NCBI GenBank assembly: GCA_026397755.1
Contig: JAPLUF010000090.1
Span: forward strand, 1-53,996
DNA from: Verrucomicrobiota bacterium
Lineage (GTDB): Bacteria > Verrucomicrobiota > Verrucomicrobiia > Limisphaerales > UBA9464
Reading direction: 5' to 3'
DNA length: 53,996 nucleotides
Part shown: one piece after another, positions 48,888 through 53,996 of the stretch
How the letters are laid out: the number at the start of each line of letters is the position of its first letter
How positions within the stretch are numbered: position 1 is the first letter of the stretch
The notes under the pieces: model-generated
What the model saw: the letters and a program-made list of their open reading frames with translations, nothing else
What the model was told of the DNA's origin: nothing
The model's database searches: none
Program-made: the position numbers and the translations under genes

Positions 48888-50315
48888 ATGAGCATCTACG
48901 GTTTCAGGAAAACCAAAATCATCGCCACCCTTGGACCGGCTACCGATTCGCCAGAGATGCTGGAGCGACTCATTCTCGCAGGGGCCAACGTTCTGAGGCT
49001 AAACATGAGTCACGCCAAACCCGAATGGGTGCGACGCGTGGTTCAAGACATTCGGCTCTTGTCCGAACGGCATAAGCGGGCCGTAGGAATTCTCTTGGAT
49101 ACCCAAGGTCCTTCGATTCGGACGGGCGATGTCGCAGAAAAGATCCCTTTGTCGGTTGGCGAGCATTTCACGTTCACGGTCCGCGGAAAAATCCCGACCC
49201 TGGGTAAGTGGACCAGCGTCGGTTACGATCAATTCGCCGAGGACGTGCACGCCGGCGACACCTTGATCGTGGACAACGGGGAAATGAAGATGCGGATCTT
49301 GTCCAAGACGGCAGACACCGTGGAATGTGAAGTGCTGACCGATGGAACCTTAGGCAGTCGTCGTCATATTAATTTGCCAGGGGTCCACGTCTCGTTGCCT
49401 GCGCTGACAGAAAAGGACAAGGAAGACATCCTACTCGGACTCGAAGTGGGCGTCGACTTCATCGCCTTGAGCTTTGTGCGCCAACCCCAGGACATCGAGT
49501 TACTGAGAGCCTTCCTGAAACAACACCCATCAACCCACCAACCGCAAATTGTCGCAAAAATTGAGCATCAGTTCGCGGTCAACCATTTCGATGCCATCGC
49601 CCGAGAGGCCGATGCGATCATGGTGGCCCGAGGAGATTTGGGAATAGAGTGCAACTATGAGGAGTTGCCCATCATTCAGCGGCGAATCGTCAAAACCTGT
49701 CAGCAACTGGGCCGACCAGTGATTGTGGCCACCCACATGCTGGAGAGCATGATACAAAGTCCGTTGCCGACTCGGGCCGAGATTACGGACGTGGCCAATG
49801 CGGTTTTTGAGCAGAGTGACGCCATCATGCTCAGTGGCGAGACCACCGTCGGAAAACATCCCCTGGGTTGCATCGAAGTCATGGACACGATCGCCCGACG
49901 CATCGAGCGCAGTGGCGGGACTAACTATCAGGAGAAAGCCGAGCTCACCTCTTCGCGACAGAAGTTGGTACGGAGTGCCGTGGGACTCGCCGATGACATC
50001 AAAGCCAATGCAATATTGGTCTTCACTAAACGGGGTCACATTGCTCGGTTTGCCTCGTGGATGCGGCCGCGCCATTCGGTTGTTTATGCGTTTACCGATC
50101 GATGGCCCACCGCCGATGGTTTGACCTTGCTCCGCGGAGTCATACCCCGGGTTGTGGCATTTAATTCGCAAGATCCCGATCGAACCGTCGATGCCGCTGT
50201 CACCCAACTCATGAACGACGGATTGCTCCGGCGAGGCGATACCGTAGTCGTAGTCACCAACATGGATTCCGGTGAGCGAATCGTGGATGGAGTAAAGATC
50301 CGTACGCTTGACTGA
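48888..50315 (+). CDS. pyk: Pyruvate kinase
   Basis: KTKIIATLGPA, LRLNMSHA, MVARGDLGIE and MLESM motifs; 475 aa. Confidence 0.95.
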   Translation: MSIYGFRKTKIIATLGPATDSPEMLERLILAGANVLRLNMSHAKPEWVRRVVQDIRLLSERHKRAVGILLDTQGPSIRTGDVAEKIPLSVGEHFTFTVRGKIPTLGKWTSVGYDQFAEDVHAGDTLIVDNGEMKMRILSKTADTVECEVLTDGTLGSRRHINLPGVHVSLPALTEKDKEDILLGLEVGVDFIALSFVRQPQDIELLRAFLKQHPSTHQPQIVAKIEHQFAVNHFDAIAREADAIMVARGDLGIECNYEELPIIQRRIVKTCQQLGRPVIVATHMLESMIQSPLPTRAEITDVANAVFEQSDAIMLSGETTVGKHPLGCIEVMDTIARRIERSGGTNYQEKAELTSSRQKLVRSAVGLADDIKANAILVFTKRGHIARFASWMRPRHSVVYAFTDRWPTADGLTLLRGVIPRVVAFNSQDPDRTVDAAVTQLMNDGLLRRGDTVVVVTNMDSGERIVDGVKIRTLD

Positions 50316-50344
50316 AGCGGACCGTCGGATGGGAATCCCTCATC

Positions 50345-51205
50345 TTGAGTTCTTCACCCCTTTCTTGGAGATCTTGGCTAATTCTTGCCCGGGCATCGAA
50401 TTTGCCAACGGTGTGGTCCAATTGTCTAGCGGCAGGGGTCTTGGGAGGAGGACTTGAATTAGGCCGAATGGGCGCGGTGATGTTCTTTGCCAGTCTGATT
50501 TACATAGGAGGCATGGTCTTGAATGACGCCTTCGACGCCGACTTTGACCGACAGTTCCGTCGGGAGAGACCGATCCCCTCGGGAGCGGTGTCCGAGCACC
50601 GGGTGTGGCAGGCGGGATGGTCTTTGATAGTAGCTGGTGTCATCGGGTTGGCAGTGCAGGGATGGTGGACAGCGATTTTGTCCTCACTGCTTGCAGGGTC
50701 GGTCATTCTCTACGATGCGATCCACAAGCGGGTGACGCTTTCTCCGGTGTTGATGGCAGCGTGTCGTTTCTTTCTTTTTTTGACGGTGGCTTCGGTGGGG
50801 GAACGCGGTGTCACAGGAGAAGTCTTGTGGGCAGCCTTAGCGCTCGCGGCGTGGATTGTAGGCTTGAGCTACATCGCCCGACGGGAAAGTCGGAGAGGTC
50901 CGATGGCCTATTGGCCTTTGGTATTTTTGGCGGTCCCCTGGATTTTGGCCGGGTTGGTCCACGGAGACAACCCGGGCTTGGGCGTGATTTTGACCGGTCT
51001 TTTGGCGTTGTCTTGGACCGTGTGGAGCCTGAGTCACACCGTGGCCCGGGCTCAACCCCACTACGGCCGGACCGTCTCCGGTCTTTTGGCCGGGATTTGT
51101 TGGGTGGACCAGCTCGCCATAGCACCCGATCCCAGCGGGATGGCTGTCTATGCCGGTCTCTTCGTTCTTTCTCTCTTGGCGCAGCGTTTCATACCTGCGA
51201 CCTGA
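50345..51205 (+). CDS. UbiA-family prenyltransferase
   Basis: Polytopic membrane protein with the Asp-rich motif NDAFDADFDR (NDxxDxxxD). TTG start as given in the ORF track. Confidence 0.75.
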   Translation: MSSSPLSWRSWLILARASNLPTVWSNCLAAGVLGGGLELGRMGAVMFFASLIYIGGMVLNDAFDADFDRQFRRERPIPSGAVSEHRVWQAGWSLIVAGVIGLAVQGWWTAILSSLLAGSVILYDAIHKRVTLSPVLMAACRFFLFLTVASVGERGVTGEVLWAALALAAWIVGLSYIARRESRRGPMAYWPLVFLAVPWILAGLVHGDNPGLGVILTGLLALSWTVWSLSHTVARAQPHYGRTVSGLLAGICWVDQLAIAPDPSGMAVYAGLFVLSLLAQRFIPAT

Positions 51206-51354
51206 CTCGAGGATCTAACAACCGACACCGGACACCGGTTGCGTCAAACGGGAAGGTAACCCGAGAGGCCGATGCCGAAAACATCCTGGGATTGAGGATT
51301 GAGGGTAGATCACTTTCCTTTTGGCGGAGACGCAGTCCAAGTCCATACTAGAGG

Positions 51355-53521
<2,167 letters not shown>

Positions 53522-53540
53522 GCCGGAGTCTTTGAGCTCA

Positions 53541-53577
53541 GCCGCAACGATGCAGTTGCAGTCCGTATCGTTGCGGC
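53541..53577. terminator. 11-bp perfect inverted repeat between convergent thiC and phnA (possible bidirectional terminator)
   Basis: GCCGCAACGAT-15 nt-ATCGTTGCGGC. There is no clear U tract on either side. Confidence 0.35.
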
Positions 53578-53650
53578 AACCCTCGAGTCGATTGAACCGG
53601 TTCCTAGCTCTGATTTAGACGGAACGCCCAGAGTGATCGGGACTAGCAGT

Positions 53651-53986
53651 TCAAGCCTTGCGCACGAAGCAGGCTTTCAGACCGAGGGCGATCCCATCGA
53701 TCTTGCAGGATATTTCGTGGTCTCCATCGACCAGACGGATGGGCTTGGATTTTGATCCGCCTTTGAGAACCCCGGAGGAACCCCGCAGGGGAAGATCTTT
53801 GATGAGGATCACGCAGTCGCCGTCATTGAGCACGGTGCCATGAGCATCCTTCACAATCCGGGGTGCGTCTGGGGCCTCGGCTTCCGTTGCGCGTTCCCAC
53901 TCATGCCCGCAAGTGAGGCACTCCCATTTCGCGGGGTGTTCCATCACATCGGTCATCTCACACATCGGGCAGGCAGGCTTACTCAT
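53651..53986 (-). CDS. phnA: PhnA/YjdM zinc-ribbon protein
   Basis: N-terminal CPMC...CLTCGHEW zinc ribbon, and a C-terminal VKDAHGTVLNDGDCVILIKDLPLRGSS.VLKGGSK.KPIRLVDGDHEI.CKIDG..LGLKACFVRKA. Confidence 0.9.
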   Translation of the reverse strand: MSKPACPMCEMTDVMEHPAKWECLTCGHEWERATEAEAPDAPRIVKDAHGTVLNDGDCVILIKDLPLRGSSGVLKGGSKSKPIRLVDGDHEISCKIDGIALGLKACFVRKA

Positions 53987-53996
53987 CCAACCAACA

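Overview
This is a GC-rich bacterial chromosomal segment, annotated by eye from the ORF track and sequence motifs only. No homology or covariance search was possible, so start codons and family names are best estimates. The gene content suggests the PVC superphylum, probably Verrucomicrobiota (inference): a Tat-signal DUF1501 sulfatase-like protein, HEAT plus CxxCH heme proteins, a PA14/pentaheme cytochrome and an archaeal-type ApgM.

The window looks like core, origin-proximal chromosome. It carries mnmG (gidA), dnaN and two identical perfect parS-type palindromes.

Main blocks:
- 1-5.8 kb: a heme/HEAT protein and a roughly 1,100-aa GHMP-kinase-like/UDPGP nucleotidyltransferase fusion.
- 5.9-9.0 kb: efp, purS-purQ and a clpS-orf107-aat N-degron cluster.
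- 9.2-15.9 kb: the complete F1Fo ATP synthase operon atpBEFHAGDC.
- 16-21 kb: ExoD-like, yqeY, a UVR-motif protein, DUF1501 and apgM.
- 21.1-33.7 kb: a tightly coupled T2SS-type operon (gspE, F, G, three minor pseudopilins, K, an L-like PilM/N fusion, M-like, C/PilP-like). Its secretin is encoded as two separate signal-peptide-bearing ORFs, and several of its proteins carry poly-Gly/FG tracts.
- 33.9-37.2 kb: Nudix, a membrane protein and tRNA-Gln(UUG). An approximately 0.77 kb ORF-less group II intron sits on the minus strand, inserted just after a rho-independent terminator.
- 37.5-53.9 kb: mnmG, a YihY with an Rrf2-like C-terminal domain, a LolA-like protein, a lipoprotein, the multiheme cytochrome, a sugar-phosphate isomerase, dnaN, pterin dehydratase, UDG, pyk, a UbiA prenyltransferase, TPP riboswitch-thiC and phnA.

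No transposase, integrase, CRISPR array or rRNA was seen. The items most worth follow-up are the split secretin and atypical T2SS, the ORF-less group II intron, the parS pair (one copy inside a lineage-specific MnmG insertion), the kinase-like/UDPGP giant protein and the clpS-orf-aat trio.
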